From Mobula hypostoma (Eukaryota): a DNA stretch of 64,000 nucleotides. The first letter of the stretch is position 1. The number at the start of each line of letters is the position of its first letter. The notes under the pieces are model-generated. The model worked only from the letters and a program-made list of their open reading frames with translations, ran no database searches and was not told the DNA's origin. Location of the stretch: positions 29,204,001 through 29,268,000 of the forward strand of contig NC_086118.1 of assembly GCF_963921235.1 (NCBI RefSeq), written 5' to 3'. This document shows positions 38,900-50,112 of this stretch, in pieces. A program made the translations under genes and the position numbers.

Positions 38900-41800
38900 C
38901 TGAGTCCTACACATACCTGTGGCAGTTGCCATATTTTGACTCTTGTCTGCAGACAGTTACTTTTTAAAGTGCTCATCCTAAATTCAAATTTATTTAATTG
39001 CTCTGCTGTTACATGTAGGCAACCCTGCTGGAATTTTGGATTTGTTCACCTCAGTAGACAGTTGTGCATAATCCAATTATTTGTGTCAGCATAATTGCGG
39101 TCTTCATCTGTCCACCTTTCCCATTCCCTTTTGAAGTCCATTTTAAGCTATACCTTTTAAACAGGTTTTTTTTGTTGTTGTCTCTTGTCATTTCTTGACT
39201 TTTACGATTTGTTAATGTTCCTTTTAAGGAGTCTTTAGGGAAATCTGCCTACATTGAATGTGCCGTGGAATGCAAGTTGTTTTAGAGTGAGTTTTTGTTT
39301 AAAGAATGGATGACTTTGTAAGCTTGTACTAACAAGAACCATGCTTTATGGAGCTACAAATAAAAGAATTTTATTATATGCTCTACAATTTTTTTCTTGA
39401 TCTTTTGGACAATTGGAAGATCTTGGATAGCGTAGTTTGGACGTTTCCAATAATTTCCTTTGACATTATATATGTAATAACTACAAAACAAAGTGACACT
39501 TTCAGTCTTAAGACAAGTAATGCATTAATTGACTGATCTGCCAGCTGATGGTGTTAGAATTATTTGCAATTATTGAAACCTGTCATCACTAGTTAGGTGG
39601 TGTAGTCATGGGAAAATAGCGATGTCATGTGGACTCGTAGAAATGCATACAGTTTTTTTCAAAATGATTTTTTTTGGGTCAAAACTGACATGTATTCTTG
39701 ATTCCTTACATCTTTAGAAAGTGCTGGTGAATCACTCCTGTGAACTGCTGCACTCCATCTTGTGAATATATTCTTACGATATTGTTGGAATGCACATTGT
39801 GACAATGAAGACAGTTTAGGAATGTTAATAGATTTCTAAACTGGGGCAGCTTCTGACTTGGTTGGTGCTGGAGATCAGTATTTCTATTTGCTTTCATCTT
39901 GTGTTTTTTGTAGTAGCGCTCATTTAGTTTGCGAAGTGTCAGAATAGTTCAGGTGAGTAACTTTTTGTAGATATCTGGAGGAGCCCTTGAAGCTGGCACA
40001 ACCTTCATGCACGTTACAAACCTGAGCCTTTTGAATCACTTTTTATTGCCCTTGCACTCAACCACTAACGTTATGTTTCTCTCCAAGCTTATTGGACATG
40101 TCTTTTATGAATGGATGTGAAGGTTAAACATCATTCAGGTAACAAGGAAGATCTGCATTTTATTCTTTAAGCTCAAATCTCTTAGAAGGTGGTACAGCAT
40201 GTCCATAAGGTTGGTTGAAGTGATGTGATGACCTTAATTTCACAAATTCCCAACATACCTCATTTAATATAGAACTACTGATCAAAGATATATCTGCAAT
40301 TAAGCATGAAAATTGTTCCACTTGATTAATCTTTGTCATGAATTATGTTCATTATAGCTCTTGACTAACAAACTATATATAATGAACTTCTGATTTCCAT
40401 AATCTTTTCCTATTTTCATTTAATATGTATAGATTTTCTTTGATAAAAGTTTTACCGTAGTAACAATGCATTTTATTTGTATACTCCTAGATACATTGCA
40501 AATTTGTTGGATTTACAATTTCAGCAAAATCACAAGTTGTCTTTCTGATTTGAATTCAGAAAATTACTAGGAAAGTACTATATAAAATTCTCAAATGTTA
40601 CTTTTTAAGATACTAAATCTGCTATTTTGTGCCATGGACAACATATTCATGTATATTGTTCCACACTTGCAAAATATATTTTATTCAGTGAAGCTCCTGC
40701 TTGACTGAGTTGTGAATTAAGAGCAGCAAACTAACATTTAATCTGCTTATTTGTCCACTACGTGCCACAATTTGTATCCTGAAAGATTCATTATTACAAA
40801 CGTTTGTATTAAGCATTTCCAAGCTGGTAGTCTTGGCTACACTTCCGTAGCAATATGCAGAAGCAGGCTTATTGTATATTTTCCATTCCATAAACGACCA
40901 TATATATGACATTGCCATTGTATGCTCGATAAGATGGTTTTTATGATATTTATGGAACACCTTCTGTAACTAGCAGTGGAGACTTTTCATTCAGTAATGG
41001 CTGGAATTGAATCCAGTGCCATTTGTGAAAGGTAAATGTCTTACTTGCTCTACCACCTGGTTTCCTTGTATGTTAAATAGAAATACCTGTCCTGAAGTAT
41101 AGTTTGAATTAAAGTATAGTGCCTTGAGTTACTAATTAATCTATCCAGAGGGTCGGTACATTAGTTTGTGCTATTAAATATTCATGAGGGTATTGCATTT
41201 TGTAGAATTTTTTAGGCATACTGACCTGATGTTGAAAGTGTTCCTAAAATACAGTATTGGGATGAAATGCTTCAGTTTATTTGGAAAGAAAAGTAATGCC
41301 GCATGTATGCTACAGGGTTTTAACAGGTGTGTACAAAATCTGCAAGATGTACTTTGTAGCATTTCAACACTGAACTTCCCTGTCTCCACTTTTCTTTTAA
41401 ACAATATATCTCGATCTTTTCATTTTTTTCTTTGTATCATGCTTTATATCTTTAACTATATTGAACTTTATTGTCCTTTTTGTTACTTGGACATGATTCC
41501 CCTAAATTACAATTGCAGCTGATTGGTAAATATGTCAAATTTTCAGGGCACACCGCTCCCTCAAATTTCGGCAGTCTATTGTATGCCTTTCCTTCATGGG
41601 GTCAAGCTATTTAACCCCATTTTGTTTAGTCACTTTTTTTTGTATTTCATGATATTTCCACATGCCTCTTCCAAATGCTGTCATGAGCATTTCAGATTTA
41701 TTAGAGTAATTGCTAGATGCTTATTTGCCTTCATTTATTTGCTTTGCTTGACTTACAGTTTACTTTCAGAAATGTTTGAAATTGGTTGTTCAGAAAACGA

Positions 41801-42454
41801 TCCTGTAGTGCTTTACATAACATGCAAGAGCTTTTCTTCTGCGCCATTGGAAAAAATGGCACAAGAAAATAATTGTTCCAGTTATCCAAGGTTAAGTTAT
41901 GCCTAAATAGTAAATTCGCCATTTCTTTCTGTGGAGAGGAAAAAATCAGCTTAAATCTGCCATTGCTGCTTTGTTATAGGTCCTTTTATTTAGTTATATA
42001 GGAGTTGAAAAAGGCAAAATAACTAAGTTTCTTTTTGATCTGCAATAATTGTGCATTTTTTTTCTTTTGCCTTCAGTGTTGTTCTAGTAGTTCCTTGGCA
42101 TCTGCATCTTTGCTTTCCAACTAAATGCTTATTAGTCAAATGATTCTCAGGTCATATGATTAAAAGATGGATTACCTGAATTGCTGTTAAATAAAGTGAT
42201 TACTTATCCAGCATATCCACACTACTCAGCTGCTTCTGATCTTGCAGACCTGTTTGCATATGTCTGTGTGGATGGGAAATAACATATCCATCTCGCTGAT
42301 GATCAACACTAACGGAGCAACTTGCCCTTTATGTGTTTACATTTAATTGAGTTATATAGGACAATTAATGAAAGAATCAGTTTTAATGTTGTGAAATATC
42401 AGTACATTGCAATACCCAATAATAAAAATTGAATTACAGTATATATAATATATT

Positions 42455-43245
42455 ATTGTTGGCAGAATTTGAGATGATGACGAGAAGGCATACAGGAGCG
42501 AGATCTATCAGCTAGTTGAGTGGTGTGGCAGCAAAAACCTTGCACTCAGGCCAAGGAATTGATTGTGGACTTCAGAAAGTGTGAGATGAAGGAACACACA
42601 CCAGTCAGTCCTCATCAAGGGATCAGAAGTGGAAAGGGTGAGCAATTTTAAGTTCCTGGGTGTCAACATCTCTGAGGATCTATCCTGGGGCCCAGCGTAT
42701 CAATGCAGCTGTAAAGAAGGCATGACAGCAGCTATATTTCATGAGGAGTTTGAAGAGATTCAGTATGTCACCAAAGACACTTGCAGATGTCTGCAAATGT
42801 ACGGTGGAGAGCATCCTAACTCGTTTCATCACCATCTGGTATGGAGGGGCACTGTACAGGATCAAAATAAGCTGTAGAAAGTGTAAATTTGCAGCTTCAA
42901 TACATGCACCAGCCTCCCCAGCATCCAGGACATCAAGGAGTGATGGCTCTAAAAGATGACATCCATCATTAAGGAACCTCATCACCCAGGATATGCCCAC
43001 TTCTCATTGCTACCATCACGAAGGAGGTACAGAAGCCAGAAGGCATACACTCAATGATTCAGGAGCAGCTTCTTCCCCTCTGCCATCATATTTCTGAATG
43101 GACATAGAACCCAAAACACTACCTCGTTACTTTTTTCCCTTCTTTTTACACTACTTATTTAGTTATATACTATAATTCAGTTTTTTATTATTGGATATTG
43201 CAATGTACTGATATTTCACAACACTAAACCTGATTCTTATTCTTT
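42455..43245 (+). mobile_element. 5'-truncated Rex1/Babar LINE
   Basis: ERVSNFKFLGVNISEDLSW and RSLKRF...CTVESILT.FITIWYG, homologous to 22300-23237. Confidence 0.85.
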
Positions 43246-43554
43246 CACTAATTGTCCTATATAACTTGACTAAATGTAAATACTTAAAGGGCAAGTTGCT
43301 CCGTCAATTTTGTTCCTTGAAAACTCTGAGAGACTTGTATCTGATTCCATTTGTTCATATTACTAAATTTACTTGTTTGAGGTATCCTTTCACTGATGGT
43401 CGATTTGTTGAACTGTTATGTGGCGCTCTTTCAACATTACTGACACTGTTGGTCCAACTCTTTTTCTTTGAGCTGCAACTAACAATGTTGGGTTAAAATT
43501 ATTTTTAATCAACTGCGGGTGAATCTTAATCCATAGTTCAATTAACCATTTAGG

Positions 43555-43825
43555 CATAGAATCATAGAAATCTACAGCACATTACAGGCCCTTTGGCCCA
43601 CAATGTTGTGCTGACCATGTAATCTACTCTAGAAACTGCCTGGAATTACCCTACCGCGTAGCCCTCTATTTTTCTATGCTCCGTGCAGCTATCTAAGATT
43701 CTTAAAAGACTGCTCTACCACTGTCGCTGGCAGTGCATTCCACACACCCACCCACTCTTTTTTTTTAAAAAAAACACAACTTGCATCTGACATCTCCCTT
43801 GTACCTACTTCCAAGCACCTTAAAA
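43555..43825 (-). mobile_element. CR1 3' fragment
   Basis: Reverse CR1 tail CATAGAATCATAGAAATCTACAGCACATTACAGGCCCTTTGGCCC plus adjacent 3' sequence. Confidence 0.78.
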
Positions 43826-44519
43826 TCTTAAAACATGATTAGCAAAAGCCTTCAGTTGCTACAATTCTGATAAATATAAAGATTTGATGTACACATTTCC
43901 TGAGAGTAAAGGTGAATTATTTGTGGAACCTGCGAGCCAAGCAATATTTTAACTTATTTAAACCAAAGTAACCTACAACTTGGTGTAAGTTACCTGAAAC
44001 TTGTCTTTAGAGAGTTACTTTTTAAGTGTTAAAAAGATGTGTGCCTTCAAAAATGTGTCTGTATTCCATATCAACGTCTTGAATATAGATTTTGCAGAAG
44101 GAAAACAATACAGTTGGTTTACAGGTTCAGTAGAGCTCCATTCCTGGGAACTGTATGTAACCCAAGCGGTTCACAAGTTGGAAATTAACAAAAACAGCAT
44201 GTGAGAGATAAATGTAACAGGTGAGCGAGCAGATTGAGGAATGGTGCCCACCATCCAGCCTTGCTGACTCAGTGAAAGTGTGACTAGGACTGCTCAGTGC
44301 TTTTGGTTCTGGTCAGCTGGATTCAACATCTGATTAATATAGGTCAGGGTGGGGGTTGTGTGGACAATGTGAAAACACGTGGAAATGCCACATTACCAGC
44401 CAGCAGAAGACTGTTGCAGCCATGCGGCAGCAAGCAAAGTTTTGAACCATGTGACTAAGAGCACATTGAATGTAGCTTGAAAAGACAAATCCCCTCAAGC
44501 ATGAGTGTTGCTTGTTTTA

Positions 44520-45559
44520 GGCTATGTCCACACTACGCTGGATAATTTTGAAAACAAAGCTTTTTCTCTTCATTTTGACCCATTGAAACGGTGTTTTCAT
44601 CCCCCAAAAATGGAGCTTTTCTAAAACACTCCAGAGTGTGTAAATTTGAAAATGATTGTTGTGCGTTGTAGTGTGGATGGGGTAAACGGAGCTATTTTAA
44701 AACACTGTCATGACAACACCACAACAACAATGCTTTTTCTGCTTCTACTTGGTACTGCGCAAGTACTGCCAGACGGCTGTTATAACGCGCAATCAGTGTG
44801 AACTGCGTGAGAGTTAAATTGTAAAGTGAGCTTTTTTGACTATTTTAAAAACTCTGTCATGACGTTCCGGAACAGATGGCGGCAATGCGGCATTTCATTG
44901 TTTTCTTGAACACAACCCCCCGCACAACCTAACGATTTCAGAACAGACAGCAACGAGACTGAAGCCAGAAGAGTTAGAAATGTACTCACCAAATACTTTG
45001 ACCCATAGCTTACAGAATAAATAAGTATACTCACTTTGCCCTATTTTCTGTCCTTGTTTGTATGAAGGTGGTTTACCTATTTATGCAAGTACTTCTCTGA
45101 CGATAGATGTGTAACAGCCTAATGTAACGTTGTATGGAAATACAAGATAATACTTATGCAGACATGTTTTATTCATTTAACAAGGTGCTTTATTAATGCA
45201 ACAGTTAGTCAGTTTTTCAGTGTTCGTCGTCAGCCAGGTCATACTATCCGTGAAATCCCTGTCAGTTGCCTCCATACGCTCTAGTATTTGTTGTTTTTTA
45301 GTTTTAAGTGCTGCGCGAGAGCCAACAGTAATTCCTTTAAAGTTTTTCTAGTCGGTAACTGGACAAACGCGCACCAAGTATACCGTTTCCTCTTCGCTTG
45401 TTTTCTGTGTGTCCTGCGCATGCCCAGTAGGAGGAGATTTGCCCAAATATCCGTTCTAATGTGGACAGAGATATTTTGAAAAACGCTTGATGTGGACGCC
45501 TGTCATTTTTACTCGAAACTGGTGTTTTCAAAATTATCCCGTCTGGTGTGGACGTAGCC
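44520..45559. mobile_element. Non-autonomous PIF/Harbinger-like DNA transposon (1040 bp)
   Basis: Terminal inverted repeats GGCTATGTCCACACTACGCTGGATAATTTTGAAAAC and GTTTTCAAAATTATCCCGTCTGGTGTGGACGTAGCC. Flanked by TTA (44517-44519) and TCA (45560-45562), consistent with a 3-bp TNA/TWA TSD. No transposase ORF. Confidence 0.8.
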
Positions 45560-45562
45560 TCA

Positions 45563-46470
45563 GAGCATTGAACAGTACAGCAAAGGAATAGGCCCTTCAG
45601 CCCTTGTTGTGCTGAACTAATTTATATGTCCTTCTGGCTACATAATGTCCAGAACCTTGAATATTCATGTACCTATCTAGGAGTCTATTGAACACCTCCA
45701 TTGTAGTTCCATTATCTTCTATCATCCGCAAAGCTTTTAATCCACCCATCTATATTTTCATCTAGGTTATTAATATATATCTATCACAAGTAGCAGAAGT
45801 CTCTGTCTGTATCCCTGTGGAACACTACCAGTCACAGACCTCCATCCAGATTAAGTTCCATTAACCACTACCCTGTGTGTTCTATGGGCAAGCCAATTCT
45901 GAATTCAAAAGGCCAATTCACTCTGAATTCCATAGTCATTATCTTCTGGATGGGCTTCCCATGGGCACCTTGTCAAGCACTTTCCTTACTAAAATTCATG
46001 TAAATAACATCTCAGGTCTATTTTCATCAGTCACCTTCCTCACCTTCTCAAAACTTATTCAAGTTAGTAGGATATGACTTGCTCCACGCAAAACCAGGCT
46101 GGCTGTCCCAAGTTTGGCCATAGTTTTCCAAATGCTCAAATCCTATTCCAGAGTACCCTCTCCAGTAACTTCCTTATCATTGATGTGAGACTTGCCAGTA
46201 TATGGTTTCTAGGATTATCCCTATCCCTCTTGAAAATGGAACAACATTACCTACTTGCCAGTCCTCTGGGATCATACCTGTGGCTAGAGAGGACATAAAG
46301 ATATTGGTAAAGTCTCTAATAATCTCATCTGTTGCCTCTTCTCAATAACCTTTGGTATCTCCCATTTAGGGACTTGTACACCTTAATGTTCGAGAGGCTA
46401 CCTATTCCATTTCCTTGAAATGCCCTAGCAAATTAACATTCTCAATGCTGATCTCCCTATCCTCCACATC
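45563..46470 (-). mobile_element. Internally deleted CR1 fragment (3' tail plus RT region)
   Basis: Reverse CR1 tail at ~45563-45605. Reverse RT sequence such as ATCCCTGTGGAACACTACCAGTCACAGACC (VT...VPQG) and CACCTTGTCAA (DKV). Confidence 0.7.
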
Positions 46471-47065
46471 CTTGATCAATACAGAAAAGTACTGCAAAGT
46501 ACTCAGTCTTGAAAGTTTTAATCATAGACATGGTTGTGTCTGGCTAATATAGAATTGAATATAGAATTTAATCCTTATTACAGAATGTAGGATTCTAATA
46601 TGAACACCAAGACCCAGGAATCTCTTCAGCAATAACCCCATTTCATTGAACCATGAAAAATCTAGAGTTGTACTGTATTTATTAACATGAAGCAGAGAGC
46701 AAGTTTGTAAATCTGGCAAAAGCAAAGGATGTTGGGTATAGCGAGGGTGGTGTGCCCTTGGGAGGGTTGTGGGACAAATGACAGAGGAGGGGTGGGGGTG
46801 GCAGAACTATAGACACACCCAACCCTGACACAGCAAGCAATGTCATTTGATTCCAAACAATTGGTTACTGATCATTACAGAATGTCTCTCTCATGCTTCC
46901 TGCTTCCTTTTCTCCCTTTCCCAACTATGACTCTCCTCTCCCTGACCCCTTCCCACTCTCAGTCACAATAGAGTCTTGTATCAGAATCAGGTTTATCGTT
47001 GCTCACAGATGTCATGAATTTTTTCTTTTTTGGGCAGGTGTACAGTGCAATATATAAAATTACTA

Positions 47066-47127
47066 CAGTTCTGTGCAAAAATCTAAGGCACCCTAGCTAT
47101 ATATGTGCCTTAGACTTTTGCACAGTA
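47066..47127. repeat. Short inverted repeat resembling fused DNA-transposon termini
   Basis: CTGTGCAAAAATCTAAGGCAC (47071-47091) pairs with GTGCCTTAGACTTTTGCACAG (47105-47125): 20 of 21 bp with a 13-nt loop. Preceded by TA-CAGT, a Tc1/mariner-like start. Confidence 0.7.
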
Positions 47128-47191
47128 TATTATGATGTTGCCCACCTATATCTTTTACCTTTTACTTAAAAACTTTACCCTTTTTTTAATG

Positions 47192-47398
47192 TAACACACA
47201 CAAAATGCTGGAGAAACTTAGCAGGCCAAGCAGTGTCTAGAAAAAGAGTACAGTGGACTTTTCGGGCCGAAGGGTTGCTGAAGGGTTTCGGTCTGAAACA
47301 TCGACTGTACTCTTTTCTTTGATGCTGCCTGGCCTGCTGAGTTCCTCCAGCATTTTGTGTATGTTGCTCAGATTTCCAGTCTCTGCAGATTTTCTCTT
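47192..47398. mobile_element. Foldback Penelope-derived mini-element
   Basis: Reverse arm 47192-47270 and forward arm ~47275-47398 are complementary over ~75 bp. The flanks CCC(T)7AATG and CCC(T)10AAATG look like a slipped TSD. Confidence 0.8.
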
Positions 47399-48349
47399 CC
47401 CTTTTTTTTTTAAATGCTTTTGGGGACACAGTAGCTTTGTCTAGTGAAATAACATTCAACTTTGTTTCCAACAATTGCTTCTCATCTCTTTTTCTGATGG
47501 ATCTGTACATTTTTGCAATAAGTGTATAGTACAGTGTGTATGTTAAAAGACAGGTATTTAGTACTAGTTTCCCACGTTTGTTTTAACCCATCTAATCTAC
47601 ACTGGTAACATGGCCAATGGGTATGAATTCAAATTCTATATGGCAGCTAGAATAAAAACCTTGGGCAATTTCTCATGTTCATATTTTAAGGAAGTAGTTG
47701 CCACACCTGGCCTGTTGCCTATAACAAAGATTCAGTGTACATAAAACAACAAAAAAATCCACATTGTCTTGTGATGCAGAGGAATCTTCACAGCACTTTG
47801 GTGCAATCTTATGGACAGCAAGTCCTGCCTTCATAGTGAGTCCACACTCACTATATTTTTGCCCTTTATCAACCTACTCTAGGCTTTCAGTGGCAGCAGA
47901 ATTATGTTCATTATAATCTGTAATCTTATAGCCTATCGTATTGCTCAATTTTATGGTTGCTTTTAGACCGTAGGTTATCGTTGATTAAGGGACATGCTAG
48001 GAATTGCAATATGTGAGCTGAAATGCTAACGAAGTGAAAAATTTAAGTATATGTGCATGAATACTGTACAATAGTCATGTACAAATGTCATTTCACAACA
48101 AATAAATCAGATTAAATGTCTGGAGTCCTGGCATATCCTGTTTTGAAGAAGCTCCATGAACATATGCAATGTTGACATAATTGCAGAAAGCAAAGCTGGA
48201 GTATACATAGCCATTTTCACTCAGAGATGCTAAGCATGTGATCCATCTTAGACTCTTCCTGAAGACTATCATTCTTTCTGAATTCAGCCTCCTGAAGTTG
48301 CCATCATTTTGGAAGCCTGCTTTCAACCAATTGAATTCACGCCATGTAA

Positions 48350-49390
48350 TTAACACACACAATATGCTGGAGGAACTCAGCAGGCCAGGCAGCAACTATG
48401 GAAACAATTAAACAGTAGACGTTTCGGGCCAAGACCCTTCATCAGGACTGGAGGAAAATAAGGATGAGAAGTCAGAGATAGAAGGTGGGGAGAGGGGAGG
48501 AGGAAATAGAGGTAGGTGATGGGTGAAAGTGAGGGGAGGGGTGAAGTAAAGAACTGGAAAGCTGATTGGTGAAAGAGATGAAGCTGGAGAGGGGGGAAAC
48601 TGATAGGACAGAGGGCCATGGAGGAAAGGGAAGGGGGAGGAGCACCAGAGGGAGGTGATGAGCAGGTAAGGAGATACAGTAAGAGAGGGACATGGGAATG
48701 GGAAAGATAAATAAAAGGGAGGGTGCCATTACCAGAAGTTCAAGAAGTTGATGTTCATGCCATCAGGTTGGAAGCTATCCAGATGGTGTATAAGGTATTG
48801 CTCCAACCTGAGGGTGGCCTCATTGCGACAGTAGAAGAGGCCATGGACCGGTATGTCAGAATGGGAAGTAGAATGAAAATGGATGGCTACAGGGAGATCC
48901 TGCTTTTTCTGGCGGACAGAACATGGGTGCTTGGCAAAGTGGTCTCCCAGTCTACGTTGGGTTCTCACAGATATACAGGAGGCCACACCAGGAGCACCAG
49001 ATACGGTAGATGATCCCAATAGACTCACAGGTGAAGGGTTGCCTCACCTGGAAGGACTGTTTGGGGCCCTGAATGGTAGTGAGGGTGGTGGTGCAGGGAC
49101 AGGTGTTCCACTTGCAAGGAACAGTGCTGGGGAAGATAAGTGGGGAGGGACGAATGAATGGACAAGGGAATTGGGTAAGGAGCGATAGCAATCCCTGTGG
49201 AAAACAGAAATTGGGGGAAACGGTGCTTGGTGGTGGGATCCCATTGGAGATGGCAGAAGTTACGGCGAGTTATATGCTGCACACGGCAGCTAGTGGGGTA
49301 GTAAGTGAGGACAAGAGGAACCCTATCCCTGGTGGGGTGACGGGAGGATAGTGTGAAGGCAGATGTGCACAAAATGAAAAAGATGAAGTT
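48350..49390 (-). mobile_element. Penelope-like element 3' part: GIY-YIG endonuclease coding relic plus terminal repeat
   Basis: Frameshifted minus ORFs RDRVPLVLTYYP..., FTCESIGIIYRIWCSWCGLLYICE (GIY-YIG) and RRLGDHFAKH...PVAIHF...RLEQYLI..L...QPDGMN. These are followed by a pyrimidine-rich UTR and the hammerhead-bearing end. Confidence 0.9.
48413..48450 (-). ncRNA. Minimal type I hammerhead ribozyme (best-preserved copy)
   Basis: Minus strand CAGUC-CUGAUGA-A-GGG(UCUUGG)CCC-GAAA-CGUC^UACUG. Core boxes are intact, stem III is the palindromic ACGU, the cleavage triplet is GUC, and stem I has one mismatch next to the core. Confidence 0.78.
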
Positions 49391-50112
49391 TGTTGTTAAC
49401 ATTCAAAATGAATGTTAATTGAACACTATAAATTGTCCTTAGTACATTGGTGAATGGTATAACCTGGGTGAGTTGAAAATGTAGGAAGTACAAATGATTA
49501 ATGAAGGATTAGGGTAAGTAGGTGGTAATGGTCAGTGTTAACTTTATGGACTGAAGATCCTGTTTCTGTGCTGTTTGTCTTTGTTTCACATGCGTAAAGT
49601 TTGTTTTGAAAAATGTGAAACATTTCAGTCCCAATTTTTATGATTATTTGTATTTTTGAGTATTATTTACCTATAGAATCTCAAAGTTTTATGTGCATTT
49701 AAAGATTAAATGGAGTTCTAGTCATTCTGATTTGCTCTAGGGAATTAAGGGCCTGTAAATATACACATTTGCCCCATAAAACCACAGTCTGATATTACTT
49801 CAGCGCTGTATTCTTGTCAGCCAGCAGTATCTTTCGCTCTTTACTAATTGAGAATAATGGGTATATGGGTGTTAGTTTTGTGGTACTGCCACAGATAGGC
49901 ATCACAGGCAATTAGTGCCTGTCCGACTGGCAGCAATGCTAACACCTGTCACAGGTGAATGTATTTGTTCTGCTGCTCTCTCCCTCTTCCACCCTCCCCA
50001 ATACTGTATTCAGTATGGTATTTTAGATCTATTAAAATTGGTAGCAGGATTAGCAGTGATGAAGGCTCATGACTCATTTGGTCATTCAGTTAAAGATACT
50101 TTGTATCATAAT

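Noticed and set aside
44262..44273. MARE/AP-1-like TGCTGACTCAG in intron 2
   Set aside because: A single short motif without conservation or chromatin data is not enough to call an enhancer.
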